A stretch of DNA of 19,401 nt. It comes from an uncultured Erysipelotrichaceae bacterium (lineage in GTDB: Bacteria; Bacillota_I; Bacilli_A; Erysipelotrichales; Erysipelotrichaceae). This document shows positions 7,972 to 16,558 of the stretch, in pieces. The DNA lies in contig CAYWGS010000020.1 in the NCBI GenBank assembly GCA_964457525.1, positions 1 to 19,401 of the forward strand, in the 5' to 3' direction. Every line of letters begins with the position of its first letter. Within the stretch, counting starts at the first letter, position 1. The position numbers were made by a program, and so were the translations under genes. Under the pieces are notes generated by a model. It was not told the DNA's origin and did not search any database. It was given only the letters and a program-made list of their open reading frames with translations.

Positions 7972-8919
7972 TTATTCACCTATATATTTCTGAACATCTT
8001 CTGGATAAGCTAATGATCCTATAGCTCCTTTTTGTGTTGTTGCATGGGCTCCACATGCATTACCATATCGACATACATCTTCAAGATGTGTAAGATTGGA
8101 CAAATTGAGGTTCTGTTCCATTAATTTAACCAGTACACCCCCAAAGAAACCATCCCCTGCACCAGTTGTATCAATTGAATTTACTTTATACGGTTCAATC
8201 ATTTGATACTTCCCTTGATAGAAGTAGGCACACCCCTTAGATCCAAAGGTAATAAAAAGTATCTTAAATGGATAACTCTTTGATAATTCTACACACGCTT
8301 TCTCATAATCTTCCAAGCCTGTTAAGAATGTAAGTTCTTCTTCACTTAATTTAACGATATCCGCAAACTCTAATCCTTTTAACATAATGGATTTAGCTTC
8401 ATCTAGACTATTCCACAACAACTTTCTTAAATTTGGATCATAACTAATAACTTTATGATGATCCTTTGCATACTGTAACAAATCAAAACTCGTTTGACGT
8501 GCTGGTTCATCTGTCATACTAACACTTCCAATATGAAATAGATCGCATTCGTCAATCTTACGTTTAAACACATCTTTCATCTCTATCATGACATCCGCAT
8601 TGTGTTTACGATAGAAACTAAAACTACGTTCACCCTGATCTGATAAACTGACAATCGCAAGTGATGTAGGATATTGATTACTTAACAATAATCCTTCTGT
8701 ATCTACTTTCTTATCATCTAATGTTTGTTTAAGGAATAAACCAAAATAGTCATTCCCAACTTGACCAATAAACGAAGATCCATATCCAAGATTTGAAACC
8801 GCCACCGCTACATTCGCAGGAGCACCCCCTGGATTAAATTCATACACAGGGAAATGTCGATCAGACACTCCATAAGGAGCTACATCGATAAGTAACTCAC
8901 CAAACGCACATATTTTCAT
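7972..8919 (-). CDS. PfkB-family fructokinase, 315 aa
   Basis: Carries the PfkB motifs NPGGAPANVAVA and DTTGAGDGFFGG. Its TAA stop directly abuts the ATG of the amylosucrase-type gene (TAAATG at 7974-7969). Confidence 0.85.
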   Translation of the reverse strand: MKICAFGELLIDVAPYGVSDRHFPVYEFNPGGAPANVAVAVSNLGYGSSFIGQVGNDYFGLFLKQTLDDKKVDTEGLLLSNQYPTSLAIVSLSDQGERSFSFYRKHNADVMIEMKDVFKRKIDECDLFHIGSVSMTDEPARQTSFDLLQYAKDHHKVISYDPNLRKLLWNSLDEAKSIMLKGLEFADIVKLSEEELTFLTGLEDYEKACVELSKSYPFKILFITFGSKGCAYFYQGKYQMIEPYKVNSIDTTGAGDGFFGGVLVKLMEQNLNLSNLTHLEDVCRYGNACGAHATTQKGAIGSLAYPEDVQKYIGE

Positions 8920-8927
8920 AGTTATAC

Positions 8928-9797
8928 CTATTTAACCGATCCTTCAACCATACCTTTAATGATATGTTTTTGAGCGGCAATAAAGAACACAACAATTGGA
9001 ACTAAAGCCATTAGAATAGCGGTCATCATTAAATCCCAAGAAACTAAGAATGCCCCAGCAAAGTTATTAACTGCTAAAGGAAGTGTTTGAACAGGGGTTC
9101 CTTTCCCTAAGACTAACATTGGTAATAAGAAGTCATTCCAAATCCAGATTCCATTAAGGATTAAGATTGTAACATAAATCGGTTTTAAGATTGGTAATAC
9201 AATTAAGAAGAACGTTCTTATCTTTCCACAACCATCCATATACGCTGCTTCTTCAATCTCATGAGGAATCGATTTCATAAAGCCATGGAACATAAAGATG
9301 GATAATGAGCTACCAAAACCGATATACGCAATAATGATACCGGTATAACTTCTTAATAATTGAATACCTGTAAATGATTGAAAGATTCCAAACCACTTAA
9401 CAAGTGGAAACATAACAACTTGAAACGGAATAACCATCGCAGCCACAAACAACATAAAGATTGCGGTTGATGCTTTTGTCTTGGTACGCAATAGTACCCA
9501 AGCAGCCATCGCAGAGAAGATTGTAATTCCTAAAAGTGAAAAAACAGTAATAATTGTAGAATTAAGTAATGCTTGACTATAACGTAGATTTGGATTGGTC
9601 CAAATACTACTAATATTCTTCCACAAAATAGACCAATCTGTTGGTAAACTCAATGGTGCTTGAATAATTTCATTGTTTGTTTTTGCCGCATTGATTAATA
9701 CAAGGAATAATGGAACTAAGAAGATGACCACTAAACCAATGGTTAACATTTCAGCGATATTACGTAGAATAACTTTATTACTACCATTTTTAAACAT
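8928..9797 (-). CDS. Carbohydrate ABC transporter permease (MalG-like, CUT1), 289 aa
   Basis: Polytopic hydrophobic protein with the EAA loop EEAAYMDGCGKIRTFFLIVLP. Its ATG overlaps the upstream stop by 1 nt (TAATG at 9797). Confidence 0.9.
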   Translation of the reverse strand: MFKNGSNKVILRNIAEMLTIGLVVIFLVPLFLVLINAAKTNNEIIQAPLSLPTDWSILWKNISSIWTNPNLRYSQALLNSTIITVFSLLGITIFSAMAAWVLLRTKTKASTAIFMLFVAAMVIPFQVVMFPLVKWFGIFQSFTGIQLLRSYTGIIIAYIGFGSSLSIFMFHGFMKSIPHEIEEAAYMDGCGKIRTFFLIVLPILKPIYVTILILNGIWIWNDFLLPMLVLGKGTPVQTLPLAVNNFAGAFLVSWDLMMTAILMALVPIVVFFIAAQKHIIKGMVEGSVK

Positions 9798-10750
9798 TAG
9801 AGTTCAACCTCCCTCTTCTTAGACACATAAACTTGAATTAATGAGAAAGTAACTAACACAACAAAGAAGATAATCGCCTTAGCTTGTGCTTGAGCAGTGT
9901 TCAAAGAGATTGTTGATGTATCACTAATATTCATCGCAAGCAAGGTTGTTCCTTTGATTGCTTTACCCATAAACATCGTACTCGGGCCACCATTGGTTAA
10001 GGAAACGTTCACATCAAATTGTTTGAATGAGTTAACTAAGGTTAAGAATAGTGTGACTGTAAAGGCTTGTGAAACCATTGGAATCGTAATGTTTTTAAAA
10101 CGCTGCCAAGCATTCGCTCCATCAATTTGAGCTGCTTCAATCAAATCTCTTGGAACATTTTGTAATGCCGCAACATAGATCATCATGATATAACCAGCCG
10201 ATTGCCATGTACTAACAATAACCATCGCAAGAATCGCGGTATTACTATTTCCTAACATTAAGTTTTCAGCAAGATAAGTAAAACCAGCCATTGCCGCAAT
10301 TCTTGGGACAAAGTAGTTAAAGATAAATTGCCAAATATAACCTAAGATAATCCCACCAATAATATTAGGTAAGAAGAAACCAGCACGATAGATATTACGA
10401 CCCTTTAATTGCGAAGTAACTAATAACGCTAATGAGAACGCAATAACGTTCACTAACATGATATTTAGTACAGTATAGATTGTTGTAATAATCGTCGCAT
10501 AAAGAAAGGCAGGATCTTGAAATGCATCAATGTAGTTCTTCAACCCTACAAAATCAATCGATAATTGAGCCGTTGCGGACCAGTTGGTAAAGGAATAATA
10601 AATACCAATGGCAAACGGTATGATTTGAACCATCAAGAATGAAAAAAGAGAGGGAAAGAGAAACAACCAGAAAATAAATTTTTGGTTACGCTTATCTTGA
10701 TTCAAACTATCATTTCCCATTTTTTTAAACGAATCAATGAATTTCGACAT
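9797..10750 (-). CDS. Carbohydrate ABC transporter permease (MalF-like, CUT1), 317 aa from the preferred start
   Basis: Contains the EAA loop EAAQIDGANAWQRFKNITIPM. I prefer the ATG at 10750 (MSKFIDSF...) because a GGAGG lies 5 nt upstream (10756-10760). The track start at 10786 would put the N-terminus inside the terminator hairpin. Confidence 0.9.
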   Translation of the reverse strand: MSKFIDSFKKMGNDSLNQDKRNQKFIFWLFLFPSLFSFLMVQIIPFAIGIYYSFTNWSATAQLSIDFVGLKNYIDAFQDPAFLYATIITTIYTVLNIMLVNVIAFSLALLVTSQLKGRNIYRAGFFLPNIIGGIILGYIWQFIFNYFVPRIAAMAGFTYLAENLMLGNSNTAILAMVIVSTWQSAGYIMMIYVAALQNVPRDLIEAAQIDGANAWQRFKNITIPMVSQAFTVTLFLTLVNSFKQFDVNVSLTNGGPSTMFMGKAIKGTTLLAMNISDTSTISLNTAQAQAKAIIFFVVLVTFSLIQVYVSKKREVEL

Positions 10751-10760
10751 ACTGTCCTCC

Positions 10761-10798
10761 TTTATAAAAATAGGGAGCAGGAACAACCCTGCTCCCTA
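10761..10798 (-). terminator. Strong rho-independent terminator/attenuator between the binding-protein gene and the permease genes
   Basis: The minus-strand RNA is UAGGGAGCAGG-GUUGUU-CCUGCUCCCUA, a perfect 11-bp GC-rich stem at 10771-10798, followed by UUUUUAUAAA. It lies 13 nt after the SBP stop codon and immediately before the permease RBS. Confidence 0.75.
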
Positions 10799-10810
10799 TG
10801 TGTTAACTAA

Positions 10811-12055
10811 TTACTTTGCGTTATCAGTTAGAGCTGTTTTAAACAATTCAACAAATTCATCAACAGTTACAGCACCTTGAGCTAATTGGTCATAGATAGG
10901 TCCTAAGACGTTATCTCTGAATTCACCAGCAAATAGGTATTGGTTCCAAGAATAAACTTTTCCTTCAGCTGTCCAAGCTTGAACAGATTGAGATAATTTA
11001 CCCTTAGGTTTCAATTCAACATTACCGAATGCAGGAATCATACCAGCTTCTTCAACCATGTATTTTTGGCCAAGTTCTGTGTAAACCATATTATTTAAGA
11101 AATCTAGAGCTGCTTGATAATTCTTGGATTCTTTATTAACAACATACCAAGCAGGAGCACTAACGAAGATACCATCTGTTACAGCAGTTGTGGATCCGTG
11201 AGGAGCAAACGCCATATCGAATGTAGCTTCAGTTAAGTTTCCATCAACCCAGTTACCTTGATGTAAGAAGACTGCTTTTTGATTTAAGAAAGCACCAACT
11301 TGAGAATCATAGTTACCAGTTGTTAGAACTGTTTTGTCAGCGTAAGCGAATAGTAAGTTAACCCAGTTAGCATATTCAGTTAAACGAGTTTCATCAATTT
11401 CACCTGCTAAGAATTTATTCGCAACACTTAAGTCACCGTAAGGAACGCCATTGGATAACAAGCTATTGAAATTATGGTGAGCTGTAACCCAATACATACC
11501 AGGACCTGCAGTCATAGATACAACAGAGTCGATACCTAATTCTGCTTTCATACCATCTAATTTAGCAAATGCATCTACGTAAGCTTGATAATTGTTTAAT
11601 GTGCTTGGATCAATACCTGCTTTTTCAAGTAGATCAGCATTGTAAGCCATACCCCAACCTTCAACTGCAACTGGGAAACCAACTACTTTGCCATCAACTA
11701 CATATTCAACAGACGTATCACCAACCCATTTTTCAGCACTTAGGTCACCAATAATAGCTTCCCATTGCTTGTAACTATCTGGCCCATCAATTGGGAAGAT
11801 ATCTGGCATTTCACCAGCAGCGTAATCAGCTTTCAACATGTCACCTAAAGTACAGCTACCACCACCACATGAAACAACATTAACTTTGACGCCAGTTGCT
11901 TCTTCATATGCAGCAGCATAAGCTTGTAGAGCTTCATCAATTTCAGGTTTATTTTGTTTGAAAGTGATGACAACTTGTTCTTCTTCTTTCGGTGCACAAG
12001 CCGTTAATGATAATACAACTAATAGCATAGAAATGATTGTAAGAATTTTCTTCAT
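10811..12055 (-). CDS. Extracellular sugar-binding lipoprotein of a CUT1 ABC transporter, 414 aa
   Basis: Has the lipoprotein signal MKKILTIISMLLVVLSLTAC with lipobox LTAC. Its size and composition are typical of family 1 solute-binding proteins. A strong GGAGG RBS lies at 12061-12065. Confidence 0.9.
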   Translation of the reverse strand: MKKILTIISMLLVVLSLTACAPKEEEQVVITFKQNKPEIDEALQAYAAAYEEATGVKVNVVSCGGGSCTLGDMLKADYAAGEMPDIFPIDGPDSYKQWEAIIGDLSAEKWVGDTSVEYVVDGKVVGFPVAVEGWGMAYNADLLEKAGIDPSTLNNYQAYVDAFAKLDGMKAELGIDSVVSMTAGPGMYWVTAHHNFNSLLSNGVPYGDLSVANKFLAGEIDETRLTEYANWVNLLFAYADKTVLTTGNYDSQVGAFLNQKAVFLHQGNWVDGNLTEATFDMAFAPHGSTTAVTDGIFVSAPAWYVVNKESKNYQAALDFLNNMVYTELGQKYMVEEAGMIPAFGNVELKPKGKLSQSVQAWTAEGKVYSWNQYLFAGEFRDNVLGPIYDQLAQGAVTVDEFVELFKTALTDNAK

Positions 12056-12111
12056 TTTGTCCTCCTTTTTCTATGTAAGTTCATTATATGTCACTAAAAT
12101 GCAAAAAAATT

Positions 12112-12125
12112 TGTAATCGTTTACA
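12112..12125. promoter_or_regulatory. LacI-family operator / cre-like site, TGTAATCGTTTACA
   Basis: Fits the 14-bp cre/LacI-type consensus TGWAANCGNTNWCA at every specified position. It lies in the divergent intergenic region between the LacI-family gene and the ABC operon. Confidence 0.6.
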
Positions 12126-12145
12126 TTTAATCAAACAAACTGATA

Positions 12146-12174
12146 ATTATACTCATTTATCTAAATAATGCATA
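12146..12174 (-). promoter_or_regulatory. Candidate promoter of the ABC/amylosucrase operon
   Basis: The minus strand reads TATGCA (12174-12169), a 17-nt spacer, then TATAAT (12151-12146). This places the operator at about +15 to +28. Hexamers like these are common in AT-rich DNA. Confidence 0.3.
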
Positions 12175-12183
12175 TGTTATAAT
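12175..12183 (+). promoter_or_regulatory. Extended -10 promoter (TGtTATAAT) for the LacI-family gene, implying a leaderless or near-leaderless mRNA
   Basis: TG at 12175-12176 and TATAAT at 12178-12183. The ATG at 12193 is only 9 nt downstream and no Shine-Dalgarno precedes it (atttgtactATG). Confidence 0.4.
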
Positions 12184-12192
12184 ATTTGTACT

Positions 12193-13197
12193 ATGAGTAC
12201 CATCCAACAAGTCGCATCATTAGCCAAAGTCAGTGTCGCTACCGTATCAAGAGTCATCAATAATAGTGCAGGTGTTTCAAAGAAAACACGATTTAAAGTT
12301 GAACAAGCCATTGAACGTTTAAAGTACCAACCAAATGCTATGGGTACCTTTTTACGTAAAGATAAGACAAATATGATCCTTGTTCTTGTACATAGTGTGG
12401 ATAATCCGTTTTTTTCAATGATTATTCAAGGCATAGAGAACATCGCTCACCACAACAATTACAACGTATTAATCTGTACAACTTATGGTGATCGTGCCCG
12501 TGAACAACACTATGTAAAGATGTTAAGAAATCACTATGTCGATGGCATGATATTGATATCTAACACCTTAAATCTCGAAGAAATTAACGATTTGAACATA
12601 AATTATCCTCTTGTTCAAGTTATTGAGTACTTACCTGAGGCAAAAGCACCTTATTATAGTGTGGATTTCTATAAAGCAAGCTATGATTTGATGGAACATC
12701 TCATCGAGAATGGATGTAAAAATATTGCTTATGTCCATACTGGTTCAACTCATATTATTTCTCACATAGAGAAATATCGTGCGTATCAAGATGTTCTTAC
12801 CAAACACAATTTACCTGTATTATCTAAAACAAATGATGAATATTACTTTGGGTTTATCTCTGCGAAATCCGTCGCAGCACTTCTCTTAGATGAAAACCCT
12901 CAAATTGATGGTTTCTTCGCAACATCTGATCTTATCGCGATTGGTATTATAGATGAAATTAATAACCGAAAGAAGAAAGTCCCACAAGATATCAAAGTCG
13001 TTGGATTTGATAATACTATATTCTCTTCGATCTACAATCCAGCTATCACAACTGTTGAATTAAATACCTATGAGCTCGGATGTAAGAGTATGGAATACTT
13101 ACTCAATCGTATTGAGAAAAACGATACTATCATAAAAGTGGATCATGTCTTGCCTTATCAAATTATTGTGAAAGGTTCAAGTCAAAATAAAAAGTGA
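12193..13197 (+). CDS. LacI/GalR-family transcriptional regulator, 334 aa
   Basis: The N-terminal HTH is TIQQVASLAKVSVATVSRVINNSAGVSKKTRFKVEQAIERLKYQPNAMG, followed by a periplasmic-binding-protein-like sugar-sensing domain. It is transcribed divergently from the ABC operon. Confidence 0.9.
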   Translation: MSTIQQVASLAKVSVATVSRVINNSAGVSKKTRFKVEQAIERLKYQPNAMGTFLRKDKTNMILVLVHSVDNPFFSMIIQGIENIAHHNNYNVLICTTYGDRAREQHYVKMLRNHYVDGMILISNTLNLEEINDLNINYPLVQVIEYLPEAKAPYYSVDFYKASYDLMEHLIENGCKNIAYVHTGSTHIISHIEKYRAYQDVLTKHNLPVLSKTNDEYYFGFISAKSVAALLLDENPQIDGFFATSDLIAIGIIDEINNRKKKVPQDIKVVGFDNTIFSSIYNPAITTVELNTYELGCKSMEYLLNRIEKNDTIIKVDHVLPYQIIVKGSSQNKK

Positions 13198-13215
13198 AGA
13201 TTCTTCACTTTTATT
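13185..13215. terminator. Short bidirectional terminator-like hairpin between the convergent LacI-family and pullulanase genes
   Basis: AGTGAAG-att-CTTCACT (13193-13209), a 7-bp stem, is flanked by aaaataaaa upstream and tttatt downstream. It overlaps the LacI TGA stop codon. The stem is short and AT-rich. Confidence 0.4.
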
Positions 13216-15340
13216 CTGCCGCAAATACAACTAAGGTATATGGATTAATTGTCGCATTTTGAACTAGAACACCATCGATTAAGCCGGCTTCATTCGCAAT
13301 GATTTTAACAAAACTATTAAAGCTTTCGTAATAAATCTGATTTGTTGGATTAATATAGATCCAGATTTCAGAATATGGTTTTGACTTTTGGCACGTATAA
13401 TTCAAGATTAACATACCATCAAATTCTCTAAATTTAACATGCGATTCAATCATATCTGATTGAGTGAGTCTTAGAATTGGAAACATCTTTCTTAATTGAA
13501 TCAAATCTTTGGTATATCTAAAGACTTCGAGATAACGTTCTTTACGCGTCCAATCAATTTGGTTGATGGTATCTGGACTACGATAGGTATTATGGTACCC
13601 ATTCTTAGTACGACAGAACTCTTGTCCACTGTTGATAAAAGGAATCCCTTGTGCTAACAAGAGTGTTCCCATCATCAACTTCTGTCGCTTAATACGAACT
13701 TCACGATTATCTTCTTTATTACTCTCTTTTAATTTATCCCAAACGGTATGGTTATCATGACACTCAATGTAATTAATGGATTGAGTCGGTTTATCAAACA
13801 AACGAACCATGTTATTGACGGAAGTCCCAACCATACACGCTTTCATGGCTTCAATGTAACTGGTATCTCCTGCACAATAGCCCTTAACATTTACTTCTTC
13901 ATGTGAAGTTTTACCCTTAACATGTTCTCTAAAGAAATCATTAAAATGTCCGATATTTGGCATGAGGTGTTGATTGTAACGATTAGCCTTCATATTCTCT
14001 GGAAGTGATGTTGGCATATTCCAACCTTCACCATAGACTAATGAATCCTTCTTAATCGCTCTACATAATGCTTCAACTTGATTCATGGTTTCAATATCTA
14101 AGACACCCATAAGATCAAATCTAAATCCATCCACATCATACTCAGTCATCCAGAGTTTAATACTATCTAAGATATACTTACGAGCCATTAAACGATTGGA
14201 ATCGAAATCATTTCCACAGAAGGAACCATTGGATAAAGCACCCGTATTCGAACGTCTGAAATAGTAATAAGGCACAACTTTCTCAAACGAACTCGCTTCC
14301 ATATCATAAACATGATTGTACACAACATCCATAATGACACGAATATCATTTTTATGGAATGTTTCAACCATTTGACGTGCTTCTTCAATACGTGAGAATG
14401 GATTATCAGGATCTGAACTATAACTACCCTCAGGAACATTGTACTGAGCTGGGTCATATCCCCAGTTATAGAACAAGGATACATTGTGTTCATCTACTGT
14501 CGCAAAATCATACATTGGCATGATTTGAACATGCGTTACACCGAGTTCTTTAATATGGGCTAAACCCGTTGTGACCCCATTATTTGTTTTTGTATTTTCC
14601 TCAGTTAAGCCTAAAAACTTACCACGATTCTCAATATTGGAATCAACCTGCATGGTAAAATCTCGTACACTGAGTTCATAAATGATCGAATCAGTTACCT
14701 GTTTTAATGGGCTTAGTTCATGCCTTGTGATTGGTTTAAGTTGATTGAAATCAATAATCACAGAACGTTGATTATTCACTGTAGACCCAACAGCCATTGG
14801 ATCAATCGATGTATTCCAACCCCCATTCACAAAGATGTGATATAGATAACTTAATCCATGTCCATTGTAACGAACATGTCGTCTAAAGACACCTTTAGCC
14901 GAACGCTTTAACTCCAATACTTCTGGACCTGTTTCTTTAAAGATTTCAACCACAATACGATTTGCAGTAGGAGCCCAAATCGCAAAATCACAGCTCTCTT
15001 GACTGCATTTAACCCCTAAATCATCCCCATCATAATAGAATTCTTCATCAAATCGAGGTGATTTAGTAATCAAACTATATTGTAAAGGTACTGTTAAACC
15101 ATGTTCCTCTAGAACATCATATTGATTTCCAATGATTAGGTTTTGATCACACCCTAGTGTATATTTAAAATAATCATTTCCACTTTGTTCATAACTAAAA
15201 ATAGAGCACTTGACTAAGTTCCCCTTTAAATCACGTACATAAAAAACATCACTTCTACCCGAATAGAATTCTTTGGATAGATAAGCTGTTATAATACCAT
15301 AATCATCTAAATGAGCTTCAAACCGATTTACTTTTCGCAT
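13211..15340 (-). CDS. pulA: Type I pullulanase / glycogen-debranching enzyme (GH13, AmyX-like), cytoplasmic, 709 aa from the ATG
   Basis: Carries the YNWGYDP signature and the GH13 regions VIMDVVYNHV, DGFRFDLMG, YGEGW and YIECHDN. There is no signal peptide. The track start at 15358 is a TTG. The ATG at 15340 (MRKVNRFEAHLDD) gives an N-terminus of the same length as my recollection of Bacillus subtilis AmyX. Confidence 0.85.
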   Translation of the reverse strand: MRKVNRFEAHLDDYGIITAYLSKEFYSGRSDVFYVRDLKGNLVKCSIFSYEQSGNDYFKYTLGCDQNLIIGNQYDVLEEHGLTVPLQYSLITKSPRFDEEFYYDGDDLGVKCSQESCDFAIWAPTANRIVVEIFKETGPEVLELKRSAKGVFRRHVRYNGHGLSYLYHIFVNGGWNTSIDPMAVGSTVNNQRSVIIDFNQLKPITRHELSPLKQVTDSIIYELSVRDFTMQVDSNIENRGKFLGLTEENTKTNNGVTTGLAHIKELGVTHVQIMPMYDFATVDEHNVSLFYNWGYDPAQYNVPEGSYSSDPDNPFSRIEEARQMVETFHKNDIRVIMDVVYNHVYDMEASSFEKVVPYYYFRRSNTGALSNGSFCGNDFDSNRLMARKYILDSIKLWMTEYDVDGFRFDLMGVLDIETMNQVEALCRAIKKDSLVYGEGWNMPTSLPENMKANRYNQHLMPNIGHFNDFFREHVKGKTSHEEVNVKGYCAGDTSYIEAMKACMVGTSVNNMVRLFDKPTQSINYIECHDNHTVWDKLKESNKEDNREVRIKRQKLMMGTLLLAQGIPFINSGQEFCRTKNGYHNTYRSPDTINQIDWTRKERYLEVFRYTKDLIQLRKMFPILRLTQSDMIESHVKFREFDGMLILNYTCQKSKPYSEIWIYINPTNQIYYESFNSFVKIIANEAGLIDGVLVQNATINPYTLVVFAAE

Positions 15341-15369
15341 AACTCTAATTATACTCAAAATCTTCTATC

Positions 15370-16518
15370 TTACAATTTATGTTCATCCACAAGTTTAAAA
15401 GAATGTCGAATGGATAAATAAGAGAATATGGATGAAACAAACACAATAAACACGAGTAATCTAAATCCATAAGCTTGATATAAAATTGGATTGATAAAAC
15501 TTGCCAATAAAGCAGTAACCGACATGGTTAAACTAACGAGCGCAGTAAGACTTGCGCTGTTTTTAACAGGAAGTGATGATGCGACTGGATACAAGACACC
15601 TAATACCAGGTCAAATGCTAAGGCAAACGCAAAACTAGTTGGTAAGATTAACCAAGGTCTTAAGGTAAACATGAAAGGTATGGTTATTATAATTCCGATA
15701 ATTCCATATTTTAATAAATCCTTAAAATGGAACTTATGACCTAAGAAAATAATCACGAAACCAGAACCAATGGTTCCTAAACCAATAACCGTATAAATAA
15801 ACGAAATGGATTCTTGTGCTTCACCAATTGAGTTTAAGTAGATACTTAGGAAACTAAAAATCGTATTAGGCGCAATCGATAATAAGAATGATCCTAAAAG
15901 TAACCATCGTACAAAACGAATCTTAAACAAGGATTTAAAATCATTTATTGTGACTGGAGTACTATGAACATTTTCAATTACTGGAATACGTGTAAGGATA
16001 ATCGCAAAGATGAGTGATAAGGCGAATGACAATAAATAGAATTGTTGGAACGTAAAAAATTTCACCGTAATTGCGCCAGCGATTGGTGCCATGAAGATAC
16101 CTGCCGCAAAGGCTAATTTAAAATATCCAGATACCTTAACTAAGATTTTTGGATCAACTAATCGGGCATAGTAAACCGCGACTAAGGCAAAGAAGACGTT
16201 ATGTCCTATTCCAATCATCATACGTGTAAAGAAGTAGATGACCGCATTAGAAGCGAAAGAGGTTAAAAGTGCGCCTAAACTAAAGATGAATGCGCCTAAA
16301 ACCATCATTGTCTTTAATCCCTTTTTATCCGCAAAATAACCAAACAAAGGAACTAACATACCCGAAGCGATAAATCCGATGTTTAAGTAAGGAACATTCG
16401 CTACTGGTATACCAAAGAAGACTGCTAGTGTAGGTTGCACAGATAAAATAAATGACATTGTCATCGTTGTCGTAAACTGAAACGCCATTAAGACTAAGAT
16501 AGTGACTAAAATTGACAT
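15370..16518 (-). CDS. Major facilitator superfamily (MFS) transporter of unknown substrate, 382 aa
   Basis: Hydrophobic throughout, with about 12 predicted helices by eye. It has an MFS motif-A-like loop GYFADKKGLKTMM. The RBS is AAGGGAA. Confidence 0.75.
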   Translation of the reverse strand: MSILVTILVLMAFQFTTTMTMSFILSVQPTLAVFFGIPVANVPYLNIGFIASGMLVPLFGYFADKKGLKTMMVLGAFIFSLGALLTSFASNAVIYFFTRMMIGIGHNVFFALVAVYYARLVDPKILVKVSGYFKLAFAAGIFMAPIAGAITVKFFTFQQFYLLSFALSLIFAIILTRIPVIENVHSTPVTINDFKSLFKIRFVRWLLLGSFLLSIAPNTIFSFLSIYLNSIGEAQESISFIYTVIGLGTIGSGFVIIFLGHKFHFKDLLKYGIIGIIITIPFMFTLRPWLILPTSFAFALAFDLVLGVLYPVASSLPVKNSASLTALVSLTMSVTALLASFINPILYQAYGFRLLVFIVFVSSIFSYLSIRHSFKLVDEHKL

Positions 16519-16539
16519 ACGTTCCCTTCTAATAAAGAC

Positions 16540-16558
16540 AGGTAGCGAAACGCTACCT
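16540..16558 (-). terminator. Stem-loop between glgP and the MFS gene, either a weak terminator or a processing/stability element
   Basis: AGGTAGCG-aaa-CGCTACCT forms an 8-bp stem that overlaps the glgP TAG stop codon. On the minus strand it is followed only by the interrupted U tract gucuuuauu. Confidence 0.35.

Noticed and set aside
10751-10786. A longer N-terminus (MFLLPIFIKEDS...) for the first permease, as given in the ORF track.
   Set aside because: The extension would be translated from inside the terminator hairpin. In contrast, the internal ATG at 10750 has a GGAGG 5 nt upstream.
12084-12089. A second minus-strand TATAAT close to the SBP gene, considered as the main operon promoter.
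   Set aside because: No acceptable -35 lies at a 16-18 nt spacing: only AATTTT is there, and TTACAA is 21 nt away. I kept it only as an alternative. In that case the operator would lie just upstream of, and touching, the -35 position.
15341-15358. TTG-initiated extensions for the pullulanase (start at 15358) and for the PucR-like ORF (start at 4468).
   Set aside because: Both are TTG codons without a better RBS than the downstream ATGs. The ATG at 15340 gives an N-terminus matching the length I recall for AmyX-type pullulanases. The alternatives remain possible.
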